Shown one piece after another: positions 49,022 to 59,088 of a DNA stretch of 64,000 nt. Each line of letters begins with the position of its first letter. The first letter of the stretch is position 1. This DNA comes from Thermoanaerobaculia bacterium (lineage in GTDB: Bacteria > Acidobacteriota > Thermoanaerobaculia > Multivoradales > Multivoraceae): contig OY762911.1 in NCBI GenBank assembly GCA_963666565.1, positions 3,168,001 through 3,232,000 of the forward strand, read 5' to 3'. The translations under genes were made by a program, and so were the position numbers. Below the pieces are notes generated by a model. That model was not told the origin of the DNA and searched no databases. It saw only the letters and a program-made list of their open reading frames with translations.

Positions 49022-51267
49022 GGGTCGCCGGTTGCCGCTGCCGTGCCGCCGGACGATCCCATCTCGTAGCGGCCCCGGTCGATCCAGTAGACGAGGCTGG
49101 TTCCGCGCAGTTCGTCCGTTCCCTCCCGCAGCACGACGTCGCCGAGGAGGCGGATCCTGCGCTCGGCGACGTCGTAGATCGCCCGGTCCGCTTCCGTCGA
49201 GCGGCCGGCGCCGATGCCGCCCAGGCGGGCGTTGCCAAGGCAGAACAGGGTCTCCGCCCGGAACTCCTCCGCCGCCGGGTCGCCGGGCGCGCCCTCGACG
49301 GTCAGTTCGTCGCACTCCAGGTTCTGCTCGCCGAGGACGGCCTCGGCGCCGCCGCTGTAGCGGAGCTCGCCGGAGTCCGCGTCGTAGTTCAGGCGGTCCG
49401 CCGCGATGGTCCACGATTCCGGCGCGGTCTCCGTGCCGGCTTCCCCAGCCGCCGGGCCTTCGGCGGTTGACGCCTCGACAGCCGGCGGCCGCGCGTGCCA
49501 GACGGTGCGGACGCCGCCGTCGGCGACCAGCCACCCGCGGTCGGCCGGGATCCGCAACTGGGCGGCTGCCAGCAGGTCGGGGCCGCGGCGCACCTCCACC
49601 CCGTCGCGAAACCGGCTCTCGCTCCCCTCGCAAAGCCGCGCGTCTCCGGCCGTGACGACCGACGGGCCGGCGTCCGCCCCGCCCGGACCGAGCGGCAGGG
49701 CGGCGCTCCCGGACTCGCCGTCGGCGGCAAGCGCGATCCGAACCGCTCCGGTCGCTTCGGAGCAGCCGTTCGCCGGGTCGTGGACGATCCGGGCGCCCTC
49801 GAGTTGGCCCTCGGGATGGCTCAGCGTGGCGGGTTCGCCCCGCAGGTCGACGCGCTGCGCCGAGGGGTCGATCGTCGCCGCGCCGGCGCGCGCAACGACC
49901 GTCGAGCCGCTCCGGTCGGTCAGTTCGACGTTGCCGCCGAGGGTCAGTTCGACGAGGGCGCCCGCCGCGTCGAAACGCCCGCCGGCGACGACGCTCGAGG
50001 CCTCCCGCAGGGGCTGCTTCCTGCCGGGAACGCGTTCGTCGAGCTCGACCCGGCCGCGCGACGCGAACTCGGCGATTACGCCTTCCTCGAAGGCGAATTC
50101 AAGGAGCCGCGCCCGGATGCGGCGCTGCGCTCCGTCCGCATGGTCGAGGCGCAGGACGGCCGGCCCGCCCCAGGCCGGGCCGCCGAGGGTGACCCGGTGC
50201 GGGAGCTGGGCCTCGTCGAACTCGACGTTCAGGGCGTCCCCGCGCAGGATCAGGACGGACTCTTCGGCCGGCGCGCCGCCGTTCCCCGCCGCCGCTTCTC
50301 CGTCGCCGAAGGGGGCGCTCAGTTCGATCTGGCCGCGGGCCTCGAGGCTTGCGAGCGTGCCCGTTTCGCTCCGGGTCAGGACCACCGACCGGGCGGCCAG
50401 CGAGAAGTCCCCGAGCCGCATCTCGGCGCCGCCCAGAGCCCGCACGATCCCGGCGCCCCACCGGTACTCCAGGGTCTCGGCGGCCAGGGAGAGCGCCTGC
50501 GAGGGGTCGGCTGCCGGCGCTTCGCCGCCACCCTCCGGCGTCTCCGCGCCGGTCAGCCGGACGCCGCCGCCCATGCGGGCGATCTCTTCGCGGAAGTTCA
50601 TCCGCAGGCCGTCGCCCCGCGCCGCGACTCCCGCGAAGCCGAAGCGGCTGTCGTCGGCCGCGGTCAGGAGCATGCCGCCCCGCGCCAGGTCCATCCAGTC
50701 GGCGTCGACCGTCAGGCCGTTCGTCCCCTGGAGGGACACGTCGCCCTGAAGATGGGTCGCCTGCGTCTCCTCGTTGTACTCGGCGCCGCCGGCGCTCAGG
50801 GAGTAGCGGTCTTCGCCACGCGGGTAGTCGACCTCGACCTGGTTCAGGATCACGTTGCCCCGTTCGTCCTCGCTGGTCCGGGCGCCGCGGATGCGGAACA
50901 CCTCCACCCCGTCGCGCTCGAGGGCGGACTCGAACTGCCCGGCGCGCAGCCGGGCGGTCTCGGCGACCGCTTCCCCTTCTCCGGGGGCCGCTTCCGGTTC
51001 CGCGCCCGCCGCGACGGCCCCGGTGGGCGCCGAGGCGTTTGCGGCCGCGTTCCGTTCCTGCCGTCCGTCCAGGAAGATCGCGGTCAGGCCGCCGACGCCG
51101 GCCGCCAGGAGCAGCAGCAGCGCCGCCCTCAGCAGGCGGTTCCGCAACTGGCGCCGCCTGCCGAAGTTCGGGTCGCGGCGGCGGGACGGGGCATAGGCCG
51201 GGCCGGGGCCCGGCCCCTCCTGCGAAGGGGCCCGCTCCGGCGGCTCGAGCGGTGCGTCCGCGGTCAT
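49018..51267 (-). CDS. Long LptC/LptA (OstA-like) LPS transport periplasmic protein
   Basis: N-terminal TM helix followed by repeated beta-jellyroll-like segments (A..A.Y....L.G.V.L); upstream of lptB. Confidence 0.8.
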   Translation of the reverse strand: MTADAPLEPPERAPSQEGPGPGPAYAPSRRRDPNFGRRRQLRNRLLRAALLLLLAAGVGGLTAIFLDGRQERNAAANASAPTGAVAAGAEPEAAPGEGEAVAETARLRAGQFESALERDGVEVFRIRGARTSEDERGNVILNQVEVDYPRGEDRYSLSAGGAEYNEETQATHLQGDVSLQGTNGLTVDADWMDLARGGMLLTAADDSRFGFAGVAARGDGLRMNFREEIARMGGGVRLTGAETPEGGGEAPAADPSQALSLAAETLEYRWGAGIVRALGGAEMRLGDFSLAARSVVLTRSETGTLASLEARGQIELSAPFGDGEAAAGNGGAPAEESVLILRGDALNVEFDEAQLPHRVTLGGPAWGGPAVLRLDHADGAQRRIRARLLEFAFEEGVIAEFASRGRVELDERVPGRKQPLREASSVVAGGRFDAAGALVELTLGGNVELTDRSGSTVVARAGAATIDPSAQRVDLRGEPATLSHPEGQLEGARIVHDPANGCSEATGAVRIALAADGESGSAALPLGPGGADAGPSVVTAGDARLCEGSESRFRDGVEVRRGPDLLAAAQLRIPADRGWLVADGGVRTVWHARPPAVEASTAEGPAAGEAGTETAPESWTIAADRLNYDADSGELRYSGGAEAVLGEQNLECDELTVEGAPGDPAAEEFRAETLFCLGNARLGGIGAGRSTEADRAIYDVAERRIRLLGDVVLREGTDELRGTSLVYWIDRGRYEMGSSGGTAAATGDP

Positions 51268-51276
51268 GCCGGCATT

Positions 51277-53016
51277 CTACGTTTCGGCCCGTCCGCCCTC
51301 CCCGATCGGCCGGGCGTCCTCGATCCTCAGCACCGGACAGCCCTGGTAGGAGTCCCATTCCAGGCCGCCGAGGACCTCGAAGCGTCCCTCGAACCGGGCC
51401 GACCGCTCCTTCCAGCCCCATCCGATCAGCCAGACCGGGCGGCCCCGTCCGCCGCCGTCGTCGCGCGGAGTCCGGACCCGCAGCTTGACGTGGTCTTCGC
51501 CGAACGGGCGCAACGGACCGGCCCGCTCCAGCGGGCCGAGCCGGATCAGCGGCCGCCGGTTGCCTTCGCCGTGCGGTTCCAGCCTGGCCAACCGGGCATG
51601 GAGCTCCGGCCCGGCCTGCTCGGCGGAGAGCTCCAGTTCGTACTCGCGCCGCCGCACCAGGACATCGGGCGGCCAGTCAGCGGCCTCCTCCATCGCGTCC
51701 CGAAGGGCCGGCAGTTCGGCAACGGACGCGGAGAGCCCGATCGCCTGGGGATGGCCGCCGAAGCGGGTCAGACGGTCCTCGAAGCCGGCGGCGAAGGCAT
51801 GGAGATCGAGTCGCGGGACGCTCCGGCCCGAGCCGGTCGCGGAGTCGCCGTCGACGCCCAGCAGGATCGCCGGGCGGTGGAACTCGCGCGCGAGACGGCC
51901 GGCGGCGATGCCGACGACGCCGCGGTGCCACTCCGGGCGCCACGCGACGAGGATTCCCGGCAGCGGATCGCGCGCCGCGAAGATCTTCCGGGCCTGCCCG
52001 ACGACCCGGCGCTCCTCGGCCTGGCGGTTCCGGTTCAGCGCGTCGAGTTCGCCGGCGAGGCGGTCCGCCTCCGCCTTGTCCCGGGTCAGCAGCAGCCGAA
52101 GGGCGAGGTCGGCGTCGGCGAGACGGCCGGCGGCGTTGATTCGCGGCCCGAGGCGGAAGGCGACCTCGTTGGACGAGACGGCGCCCTCGACGCGCGCCAC
52201 CCGCATCAGGGCGCGCAGGCCCGGAGAACGGGCTTCCGAGAGCGCCCGCAGGCCGAGCGCGGCGATCACGCGGTTCTCGCCCACCAGAGGCACGACGTCG
52301 GCGATCGTGCCCAGGCAGGCGACCCGCAGCAGGGCCGCCAGCGGCTCGTCGCGGCCGCTCCGCCGCAGCGCCCCCTGCGCCAGCTTGAAGGCGAGCCCGG
52401 CGCCGCAGAGGTGGCGGAACGGATAGTCGCAACCGTTCTGGAGCGGGTTGATCTGGACGGCGCCCGAAGGGAAGTCGTCGCCGGCGACGTGGTGGTCGGT
52501 GACGATCACGTCCATGCCGCGCTCCATCGCCGCCATTACCGCCTCGGTGGAGGTCGTCCCGCAGTCCACGGTGACGATCAGGGAAGCGCCGGCGCGGTGG
52601 GCCTTCTCCACCTGCACGGTCTGGAAGCCGTAGCCCTCGGTGAGCCGCTTCGGGAGGATCGGGACGACCTCCGCGCCCAGGGCGCGCAGCACGGCAGTCA
52701 GGAGAGCGCAGGCGGTCACGCCGTCCACGTCGTAGTCGCCGACGACGGCCACGGTCCGGCGGTTTCCGCACGCGGCCAGCAGGCTCCCCACCGCCTCCTC
52801 CATGCCGCGCAGCAGGAACGGATCGTGCAGGCCGCGCCGATGAGGCGCCAGGAAGGCCTCCGCCTCGGCCGGCGACGTCGCGCCGCGGCGGGCGAGCGGC
52901 GCCGCCAGCAGGCCGTAGCCGGCCTCCTCCAGGGCCGCGGCGGCTTCCGGCGCCGGCGCCTGGACCCACTCCGTCCTCTCCGTTCCGGCCTCAGCCGGCG
53001 CCGGTCCGCCGCTCAC
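51277..53016 (-). CDS. recJ: Single-stranded-DNA-specific exonuclease RecJ
   Basis: GDYDVDG, EGYG, TVDCG, VTDHH, LCGAG, GTIADVVPL.GENR, PRINAAGR, GSGRS, FGGH. Confidence 0.96.
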   Translation of the reverse strand: MSGGPAPAEAGTERTEWVQAPAPEAAAALEEAGYGLLAAPLARRGATSPAEAEAFLAPHRRGLHDPFLLRGMEEAVGSLLAACGNRRTVAVVGDYDVDGVTACALLTAVLRALGAEVVPILPKRLTEGYGFQTVQVEKAHRAGASLIVTVDCGTTSTEAVMAAMERGMDVIVTDHHVAGDDFPSGAVQINPLQNGCDYPFRHLCGAGLAFKLAQGALRRSGRDEPLAALLRVACLGTIADVVPLVGENRVIAALGLRALSEARSPGLRALMRVARVEGAVSSNEVAFRLGPRINAAGRLADADLALRLLLTRDKAEADRLAGELDALNRNRQAEERRVVGQARKIFAARDPLPGILVAWRPEWHRGVVGIAAGRLAREFHRPAILLGVDGDSATGSGRSVPRLDLHAFAAGFEDRLTRFGGHPQAIGLSASVAELPALRDAMEEAADWPPDVLVRRREYELELSAEQAGPELHARLARLEPHGEGNRRPLIRLGPLERAGPLRPFGEDHVKLRVRTPRDDGGGRGRPVWLIGWGWKERSARFEGRFEVLGGLEWDSYQGCPVLRIEDARPIGEGGRAET

Positions 53017-55466
53017 ATCAGGTCCTGCGGGTCGACATCGACTGCGACGTCCGCCGAAGGCGCGGGCGCCACGGCCTTCGCCAGGCGCCTCACGTCCGCC
53101 CCGTTCGCCGCGCGCATCAGGAACTGAAAGCGCCAGTGCCCCTTGAGCCGTTCGAGCGGCGCCGGCGCCGGGCCCGAAAAGCGGACCCGGGCCGCGAGCT
53201 CGTGGCGCCGGGCCGCGGCCGCCAGTTCGTCGATCCGCGACCGGCCGCGGTCGCGGTTGCGGTCGCGGACGACGATCTGGACCATGCGGGTGAACGGCGG
53301 ATAGTGGAAGGTCCGGCGAAAGCGCATCTCGTGGTTCGCGAAGGCCTCGTCGTCCTGGTTCAGGACCGCCTGGATCGCGTAGTGGTCCGGATGGTACGTC
53401 TGAACGACGAATCGCCCGGCGCGCTCGCCCCGGCCGGCGCGGCCGGCAAGCTGGGTCAGGAGGGCGTAGCCCCGTTCGGCGGCGCGAAAGTCCGGAAACC
53501 CGAGATAGGAGTCGGCGGCCAGCACGGCCGCGAGCGCGACGTTCGGAAAGTGATGTCCCTTGGTCACCATCTGGGTGCCGATCAGGATGTTCGTGCGTCC
53601 CGAGCGGAACCGCTCCAGCACCGCCGCGGCGCCACCCGCGCGCCGCGTCGCGTCGCGGTCCAGGACGTCCACGCCGGCCTCCGGGAAGCGCTTTCGCACC
53701 TCCTCCTCCACCCGTTCCGTGCCCGCCCCGATCGGCTGCAGGGCGTCCTCGCCGCACTCCGGACAGACTCGCGGAACCGGGGCCTGGGCGCCGCAGTAGT
53801 GGCAGATCAGCCGCTCCTGCCGGCGGTGGTAGCTCTTCGGCAGTCCGCAGTCGTCGCACGGCATGTTCTCGCCGCAGGCCCGGCACAGAAGCTGCGGCGA
53901 GTAGCCGCGGCGGTTCCGCAGCAGGATGACCTGCTCCCCGCGGTCCAGGCAGTTCTCGATCTCCTCGATCAGCAGCCCCGAGAAGGCGACGTCGCCCGGC
54001 CGGCGAGGGCGCCCCGCGGGTTCCTGGCGCAGATCGACGAGGATCGGCTCGGGAAGCGTTCCGATCCCGACGCGGGCGGTCAGGCGAAGTTCGCGGTAGC
54101 GGCCGCGCTCGACGTTCAGCCGGGTCTCGAGGCTCGGCGTCGCCGACACCAGGAGCGCCGCCGCCGTGCATGCGCGGGCCCGCACCAGCGCCAGATCCCG
54201 GCCGCTGTAGCGCGGCCGGGTGTCCTGCTTGTAGGCGCCGTCCTGCTCTTCGTCGACGACGATCAGGCCGAGGTTCGGGGCCGGAGCGAAGACGGCCGAC
54301 CGCGGGCCGACGACGACCCGCGCCTCGCCGCGTCGAATCCGGTCCCACTCCTGGCGCCGCTCCGCGCTGCCGAGGTTCGAGTGGAGCATGGCGACCCGAT
54401 CGGGAAACCGCTCCTCGAGCGCGCGCGCCAGCGCCGGCACGAGGGCGATCTCGGGAACGAGGACGACGACGGAACGGTCCCGCCGCAGCGCCGCCTCGGC
54501 GCCCCGCAGATAGACCTCGGTCTTGCCCGACCCCGTCATGCCGCCCAGGAAACAGGGGCTGAACCGGCCGCTCTCGACCCGCGCGACGAGTTGCCGGGCA
54601 GCTTCCGCCTGGTCGGGCCGCAGCTCGAAGGGCGCGGCGCCGGCGCGGCCCTGGAGGCGGTGGCGCGCCAGGTCGATCGTCTCGATCTGGGTGAAGGAAC
54701 GGAGCACGCCGAGCTTGACCAGCCGCCGCACGACCGCCGCCGAACAGCCGACGCCGCCGCGCACTTCCGCGATGGTGGCCGGCCGTTCGAGCGCGGCGAG
54801 GTACTCGACCACCGCTCTGCCGGCCGGAGAGCGGCCGCAGGCCGCAAGCTGGGCCTCCCGGTCGCCCGGCGGCAATTCGACCGCCTGACGGTAGCGGGAG
54901 CTCCGGCCTCCCGCCTCGTGGACGCGGAGGCGGCCGTCCTCCCGCCACCGATCGAGCCGGCCCGCGAGAGCGGCATCGCCGAGCTCGCTCCAGAGCGCGG
55001 CGAGGGAGACGCGGCCCCGGTCCAGAAGCAGCCGCTGGAGCGCCCGGTCCGACGGGTCGCCGCATTCGGCCAGGGCGCCGCGGTTCGTGAGCTGCACCCG
55101 GCCGTCGCCCCAGGCCGGCAGCGCCCCCGGCAGCAGGCTCCTGAACACCTCGCCGATCGGCGCCGCGTAGTAGGACGAGGCAAAGCCGGCCAGCTTCATC
55201 AGGTCGTCCGGCAGCAGCGGCTCGAAGTCGATGACCGCCTCGATGGGGCGCAGTTCGCTCTGGAGCCCGGCGGGCGCCTCCGGCGGCAGGTCGACGATCC
55301 AGCCCACCAGCCGGCGCCGGCCGACGGGCACCCGGACGCGCGATCCGACGCGGGCGAGGCCGCGCCACGGCGGCGGCACTCGGTAGGTCAGGGGGTCGGG
55401 CAGCGGCGCCGGGACCGCGACGGCGGCGTACTCGCCCGCCTCAACCCTGGGCCGCCCGGTCCTCAT
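53013..55466 (-). CDS. priA: Primosomal protein N' (replication restart helicase)
   Basis: GMTGSGKTEVY, LVPEIAL, VDEEQD, SATPSLE, NRRGY, four CxxC pairs, GTQMVTKGHHFP. Confidence 0.96.
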   Translation of the reverse strand: MRTGRPRVEAGEYAAVAVPAPLPDPLTYRVPPPWRGLARVGSRVRVPVGRRRLVGWIVDLPPEAPAGLQSELRPIEAVIDFEPLLPDDLMKLAGFASSYYAAPIGEVFRSLLPGALPAWGDGRVQLTNRGALAECGDPSDRALQRLLLDRGRVSLAALWSELGDAALAGRLDRWREDGRLRVHEAGGRSSRYRQAVELPPGDREAQLAACGRSPAGRAVVEYLAALERPATIAEVRGGVGCSAAVVRRLVKLGVLRSFTQIETIDLARHRLQGRAGAAPFELRPDQAEAARQLVARVESGRFSPCFLGGMTGSGKTEVYLRGAEAALRRDRSVVVLVPEIALVPALARALEERFPDRVAMLHSNLGSAERRQEWDRIRRGEARVVVGPRSAVFAPAPNLGLIVVDEEQDGAYKQDTRPRYSGRDLALVRARACTAAALLVSATPSLETRLNVERGRYRELRLTARVGIGTLPEPILVDLRQEPAGRPRRPGDVAFSGLLIEEIENCLDRGEQVILLRNRRGYSPQLLCRACGENMPCDDCGLPKSYHRRQERLICHYCGAQAPVPRVCPECGEDALQPIGAGTERVEEEVRKRFPEAGVDVLDRDATRRAGGAAAVLERFRSGRTNILIGTQMVTKGHHFPNVALAAVLAADSYLGFPDFRAAERGYALLTQLAGRAGRGERAGRFVVQTYHPDHYAIQAVLNQDDEAFANHEMRFRRTFHYPPFTRMVQIVVRDRNRDRGRSRIDELAAAARRHELAARVRFSGPAPAPLERLKGHWRFQFLMRAANGADVRRLAKAVAPAPSADVAVDVDPQDLM

Positions 55467-55764
55467 TCAGGCAACTGCCGCAGACGCCGGCCGTCAACTG
55501 GCCTTCGGGCACGTGGACGCCGCAGCGCCGGCAGCGAAGCAGGGCGCTGGCTGGACGGCCGCCCGCCCCGGCCGCGGGCCCGCCCCGCGCCGCGCCTCCG
55601 CGAACGCCTGGACCGCCGGCCGCGTTGCGGCGCAGGACCTGCAGCAGGCGCAGGAAGGAACGCGCCTCGGCGGCCCGGGAAGAGCCCAGCAGTCCCCGGA
55701 CCATCCGGGAGATCCAGAGCCACGCCAGCAGAATGGCGATCAGGATGACGAGGAGCCTTGTCAC
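55441..55764 (-). CDS. Small membrane protein with CxxC..CxxC zinc ribbon (PP0621-like)
   Basis: N-terminal TM helix; LLRCRRCGVHVPEG...VCGSC. Confidence 0.65.
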   Translation of the reverse strand: MTRLLVILIAILLAWLWISRMVRGLLGSSRAAEARSFLRLLQVLRRNAAGGPGVRGGAARGGPAAGAGGRPASALLRCRRCGVHVPEGQLTAGVCGSCLNEDRAAQG

Positions 55765-55866
55765 CTTGTCGCGGTCCCTCTCTCGCCTCCGGGTCGGGCG
55801 CCTGGCCGCCGATCGAACCGGACCCGTTCCGCCGTCAGGAGCGGGGCGTCCCGCAGCCCGGCGGCC

Positions 55867-56382
55867 TCAACTCGCCTTCGCCTTGGAGATCTTCTCCAGG
55901 CTGCCGAGGAGCGCTTTCTCGACCAGCTCCTCCGCGTTCTCCTCGCCGATCCCGCGGACGTGAAGCACCTCGCTGACGATGAAGTAGCGGGCCTTCTCGT
56001 ACATCTTCTTCTCGCGGAACGAGAGGCTCTTCTTCTGGCTGACCAGGCGGAGGTTCTTCAGGACCTCGGCGGCATCGGTCAGGTCGCCGGTGCGCATCTT
56101 GTCCAGGTTCTGCTTGTAGCGGCCCTTCCAGTCCTTGTAGACGTCGATGTTGCCGTCCTCGATCAGGGCGAGGAGGGCCTTGATCTCCCGTTCCTTGGCG
56201 AGACGCCGCAGGCCGACCCGGTCGAGGTTCTCCTCGGGCACCATCACCTTCGAGTCGTTCGCGAGCAGCCGGAGATGGAAGTAGGTCTGCTTCTGGCCTC
56301 CATCCGGCGCGCTCAGCGCGATCCGCTCGACTACGCTCACCCCGTGGTTGGGATACACGACCTTCTCGCCCACTCGAAACAC
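55867..56382 (-). CDS. carD: CarD family transcriptional regulator
   Basis: FRVGEKVVYPNHGV, VMVP..N...VGLR, WKGRYK.N..K..TG, LSFREK.M. Confidence 0.95.
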   Translation of the reverse strand: MFRVGEKVVYPNHGVSVVERIALSAPDGGQKQTYFHLRLLANDSKVMVPEENLDRVGLRRLAKEREIKALLALIEDGNIDVYKDWKGRYKQNLDKMRTGDLTDAAEVLKNLRLVSQKKSLSFREKKMYEKARYFIVSEVLHVRGIGEENAEELVEKALLGSLEKISKAKAS

Positions 56383-56525
56383 TCTGATCTCCCCTCAAGT
56401 CCTGGCGGAATCCTGCCTCGGCAAGGATCGCCGGAACGGCGGTTGCGGTTCCGGGACCGGCCGCGAGTCCTGTGTCTGTCGCCCTGTGCCTAAGTTGCAG
56501 AAAATCACGCAGTTAACGGACGCGG

Positions 56526-56554
56526 ATTGTAGCTTCCGGGCGGCGAATCGTCAA
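56526..56554 (-). promoter_or_regulatory. Near-consensus sigma70 promoter for carD
   Basis: Minus strand TTGACG (56554-56549), 17 nt, TACAAT (56531-56526); implies a 5' UTR of about 135 nt. Confidence 0.7.
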
Positions 56555-56707
56555 GTTGTTCCCGCCCCGTTTCCGCCGCGGGCGGGCGATTCGCCCTAAG
56601 TCGTTGACGCCGCTGACTTTCGCGCTGCGGGCCTGGAACCGGGGCGGCGGGGCTGCTACTCTGCCTCACCTTGCTCCGCGCGGGCGTTCTCGCCGGCGGA
56701 GATCCGT

Positions 56708-56794
56708 GCCGGAGTGGCGGAATGGCAGACGCAGGGGACTCAAAATCCCCCGCCCTGTGTGGGCGTGTGGGTTCGACTCCCACCTCCGGCACCA
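56708..56794 (+). tRNA. tRNA-Leu(CAA)
   Basis: GCCGGAGTGGCGGAATGGCAGACGCAGGGGACTCAAAATCCCCCGCCCTGTGTGGGCGTGTGGGTTCGACTCCCACCTCCGGCACCA; 87 nt. Confidence 0.97.
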
Positions 56795-57158
56795 ATGGCA
56801 CGCTGCGGAGAGGTCCCCTGCGGGGACTCGCAGCGTCCCCGGCGCCCTCAAGGGCGTGTGGGTTCGACTCCCACTTCCGGCACCAATGGCACGCTGCGGA
56901 GAGGTCCCCTGCGGGGACTCGCAGCGTCCCCGGCGCCCTCAAGGGCGTGTGGGTTCGACTCCCACCTCCGGCACCAATGGCACGCTGCGGAGAGGTCCCC
57001 TGCGGGGACTCGCAGCGTCCCCGGCGCCCTCAAGGGCGTGTGGGTTCGACTCCCACCTCCGGCACCAATGGCACGCCGCGGAGAGGTCCCCTGCGGGGAC
57101 TCGCAGCGTCCCCGGCGCCCTCAAGGGCGTGTGGGTTCGACTCCCACCTCCGGCACCA
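56795..57158 (+). repeat. Tandem array of four 91-bp tRNA-Leu-derived units
   Basis: Units 56795-56885, 56886-56976, 56977-57067, 57068-57158; each ends with the last 34 nt of the tRNA including CCA; only two variant positions (56875, 57077). Confidence 0.95.
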
Positions 57159-57218
57159 GCATCTGGACCCGGCTCAGCCGCCGACCCCTCCTGACCCAGG
57201 ACGGGCGGGTCCGTCCGA

Positions 57219-57268
57219 CGCCGCTTCACGGCTTCCCCGGATGCGGGTCAGAAGACCCGCGCACCCAG
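57219..57268. repeat. REP-like unit with extended similarity to the 11746-11796 element
   Basis: CGCCGCTTCACGGCTTCCCCGGATGCGGGTCAGAAGACCCGCGCACCCAG. Confidence 0.75.
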
Positions 57269-57277
57269 TGGGTGCGA

Positions 57278-58975
57278 TCAACTGTCGGCGTCGGCGTCGT
57301 CGACGAGGTCGATGCCCTCCTGGTCCAGCAGGACGCCGATGGCGCGGAAGTAGGCCAGCAGGGCGCGGCGGTAGTTCGTGATCGCTTCGACTTCGCGGCT
57401 GCGGGCGGCGGTCAGGTCCTCCTGGATCTCCAGGACCTGGAAGCTGGTCCACAGCCCGTTCTCGTAGCGCTTCTGGGCGGCGTCCAGGTTCTTCTCCGCC
57501 AGTTCGCGGGACACGCGGGCCGAGTCGATCTGCTTGCCTGCGGTCTCCACCCCGCGGGCGGCGGTCCGCACCTCCGTGCGGATCGTCAGCATCAGGTCCT
57601 GGAGTTCCAGGCGCCCCTGGTCGAGCGCCAGGTCGGCGATCCGGCTCTGGGCCCTCGCCGAGCGGTTCTGGAGCGGCTTCGACAGGTTCAGGCCGACCGT
57701 CCAGCCCTCGAACACCTGGCCGAGAATCCCGTCGTAGAACTGGCCCAGCGTGCTCAGGAAGTCGAGCGAGTCGGTCCGGACGTACTCCTCCGGGCAGGGC
57801 TCGAACAGGTCCGCGATGCTGGGCGGCCCGGGGCGCTCGCAGACCGTCCGGTCCCCGCCCAGGGCGTTCCGGCCGTAGCTCAGGCTCAGGTTCAGGTCGG
57901 GCATGCGCTGGTTGCGGAGGAAGGTCGAATCGACTTCCAGCGTTTCGATCCGCAGTTCCTGGCGGTCGATCTCGACCCGGCTCTGAAGCGCCGAACTCAG
58001 CGACGCCTCCAGGTCGATCGCCACCCGCTTGATCTCGGGCGACGTCGTCGGCACGATCTCCAGGTCCCAGAAGGAGCGTTCGTCCAGGTTCAGGAGCCGC
58101 CGCAGTTCGTCCGCCGCGTCCTGGATCTGCGCCTGGACCCGGATGATCTCCTCCTCCCGGGTCGCGATGCCGGCCTCGCTCTGGACGAGCTCCAGCGGCG
58201 CGAGCGTGCCGACCTCGATCTGGATGCGGTTCATCTCGTGCAGCTCGCGGGCGAGGGTGAGGCTCTCCTCGGCCACCTTCAGTTGTTCCAGGGCCTCGAC
58301 CAGTGCCCAGTAGCCGTTGGCCACCGTCTGCACCGTGTCGATCACCTGGACTTCCAGGTCGCCCATGCTGATGTCGCTGTTCAGCCGGGCGACGGCCAGA
58401 TTCCGCTCGGTGATCCGCCTGCCCCGGTTCCGCAGCAGCGGCTGGTTGAACGCGAACTCGAGACTCGAGCGCAGGCTGGGGTTGATGTCCGAGAACCGGG
58501 AGTTCGACGTGGAGCGGCTGTTCTGCCAGTTCATGGAGAAGCTGCCGCCCGAAGAGATCGGCTGCTGGAGTTCGACGTTCGCGACGATCGTCTCGTTCTC
58601 GGTGACCAGGGCGCCGTCGAGCTGCGACGCCGAGGGCCTGCTGTCGCTGTTGACGTTCGTGGTGACCCCGAGCGTCGTGTCGTAGATGCCGTACGCCTGG
58701 TTCACCTGGAACAGCGACTGGGAGCGCTGGTAGCGCTGGACGAGCAGGCCCAGGTTGTTCTGCAGGGCGATGGCGATCGCCTGGTCCAGTTCGAGCCGGA
58801 GGCGGCCGTCGGCGATGTCCAGATCGGGCGCGACCGGCTGGGTGATCCAGGTCGAACCGACCTGTACCTGACCCGCCGCCGGCGGTCCCGAGGACCCGGC
58901 CAGGACGAGGACGGTGCAGAGGGCGGCGATCGCCGCCGCGGACTTTCGGACGTTGCTTGCCGGGAACAGGTTCAT
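57278..58975 (-). CDS. TolC family outer membrane efflux protein
   Basis: Signal peptide, LELDQAIAIALQNN, FNQPLLRN, V.NGYW.L, KRYENGL.TSFQVLE.Q.DL..AR. Confidence 0.9.
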   Translation of the reverse strand: MNLFPASNVRKSAAAIAALCTVLVLAGSSGPPAAGQVQVGSTWITQPVAPDLDIADGRLRLELDQAIAIALQNNLGLLVQRYQRSQSLFQVNQAYGIYDTTLGVTTNVNSDSRPSASQLDGALVTENETIVANVELQQPISSGGSFSMNWQNSRSTSNSRFSDINPSLRSSLEFAFNQPLLRNRGRRITERNLAVARLNSDISMGDLEVQVIDTVQTVANGYWALVEALEQLKVAEESLTLARELHEMNRIQIEVGTLAPLELVQSEAGIATREEEIIRVQAQIQDAADELRRLLNLDERSFWDLEIVPTTSPEIKRVAIDLEASLSSALQSRVEIDRQELRIETLEVDSTFLRNQRMPDLNLSLSYGRNALGGDRTVCERPGPPSIADLFEPCPEEYVRTDSLDFLSTLGQFYDGILGQVFEGWTVGLNLSKPLQNRSARAQSRIADLALDQGRLELQDLMLTIRTEVRTAARGVETAGKQIDSARVSRELAEKNLDAAQKRYENGLWTSFQVLEIQEDLTAARSREVEAITNYRRALLAYFRAIGVLLDQEGIDLVDDADADS

Positions 58976-59088
58976 CGGAGTGCGTTCCTTCCTTCGAGAG
59001 AGCCCCCGCCGCCGCGGGCGAGGCGCACCGTGTCTTCCTCTTTGACGCGAGAGGCGCGACGTTGTTTCAGCAACCCTACGCCGGATCT

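Noticed and set aside
56796-56812. TGGCACG in each repeat unit as a sigma54 -24 box
   Set aside because: There is no GC at the required GG-N10-GC spacing (reads AG).
56795-57158. CRISPR array or prophage/ICE att duplication
   Set aside because: The units are essentially identical with no unique spacers, and there are no cas genes, integrase or cargo between the tRNA 3'-end copies.
56505-57381. Repetitive ORFs on both strands over the tRNA and repeat array
   Set aside because: They are translations of the tRNA and 91-bp repeats cycling through frames, with no protein-like features.
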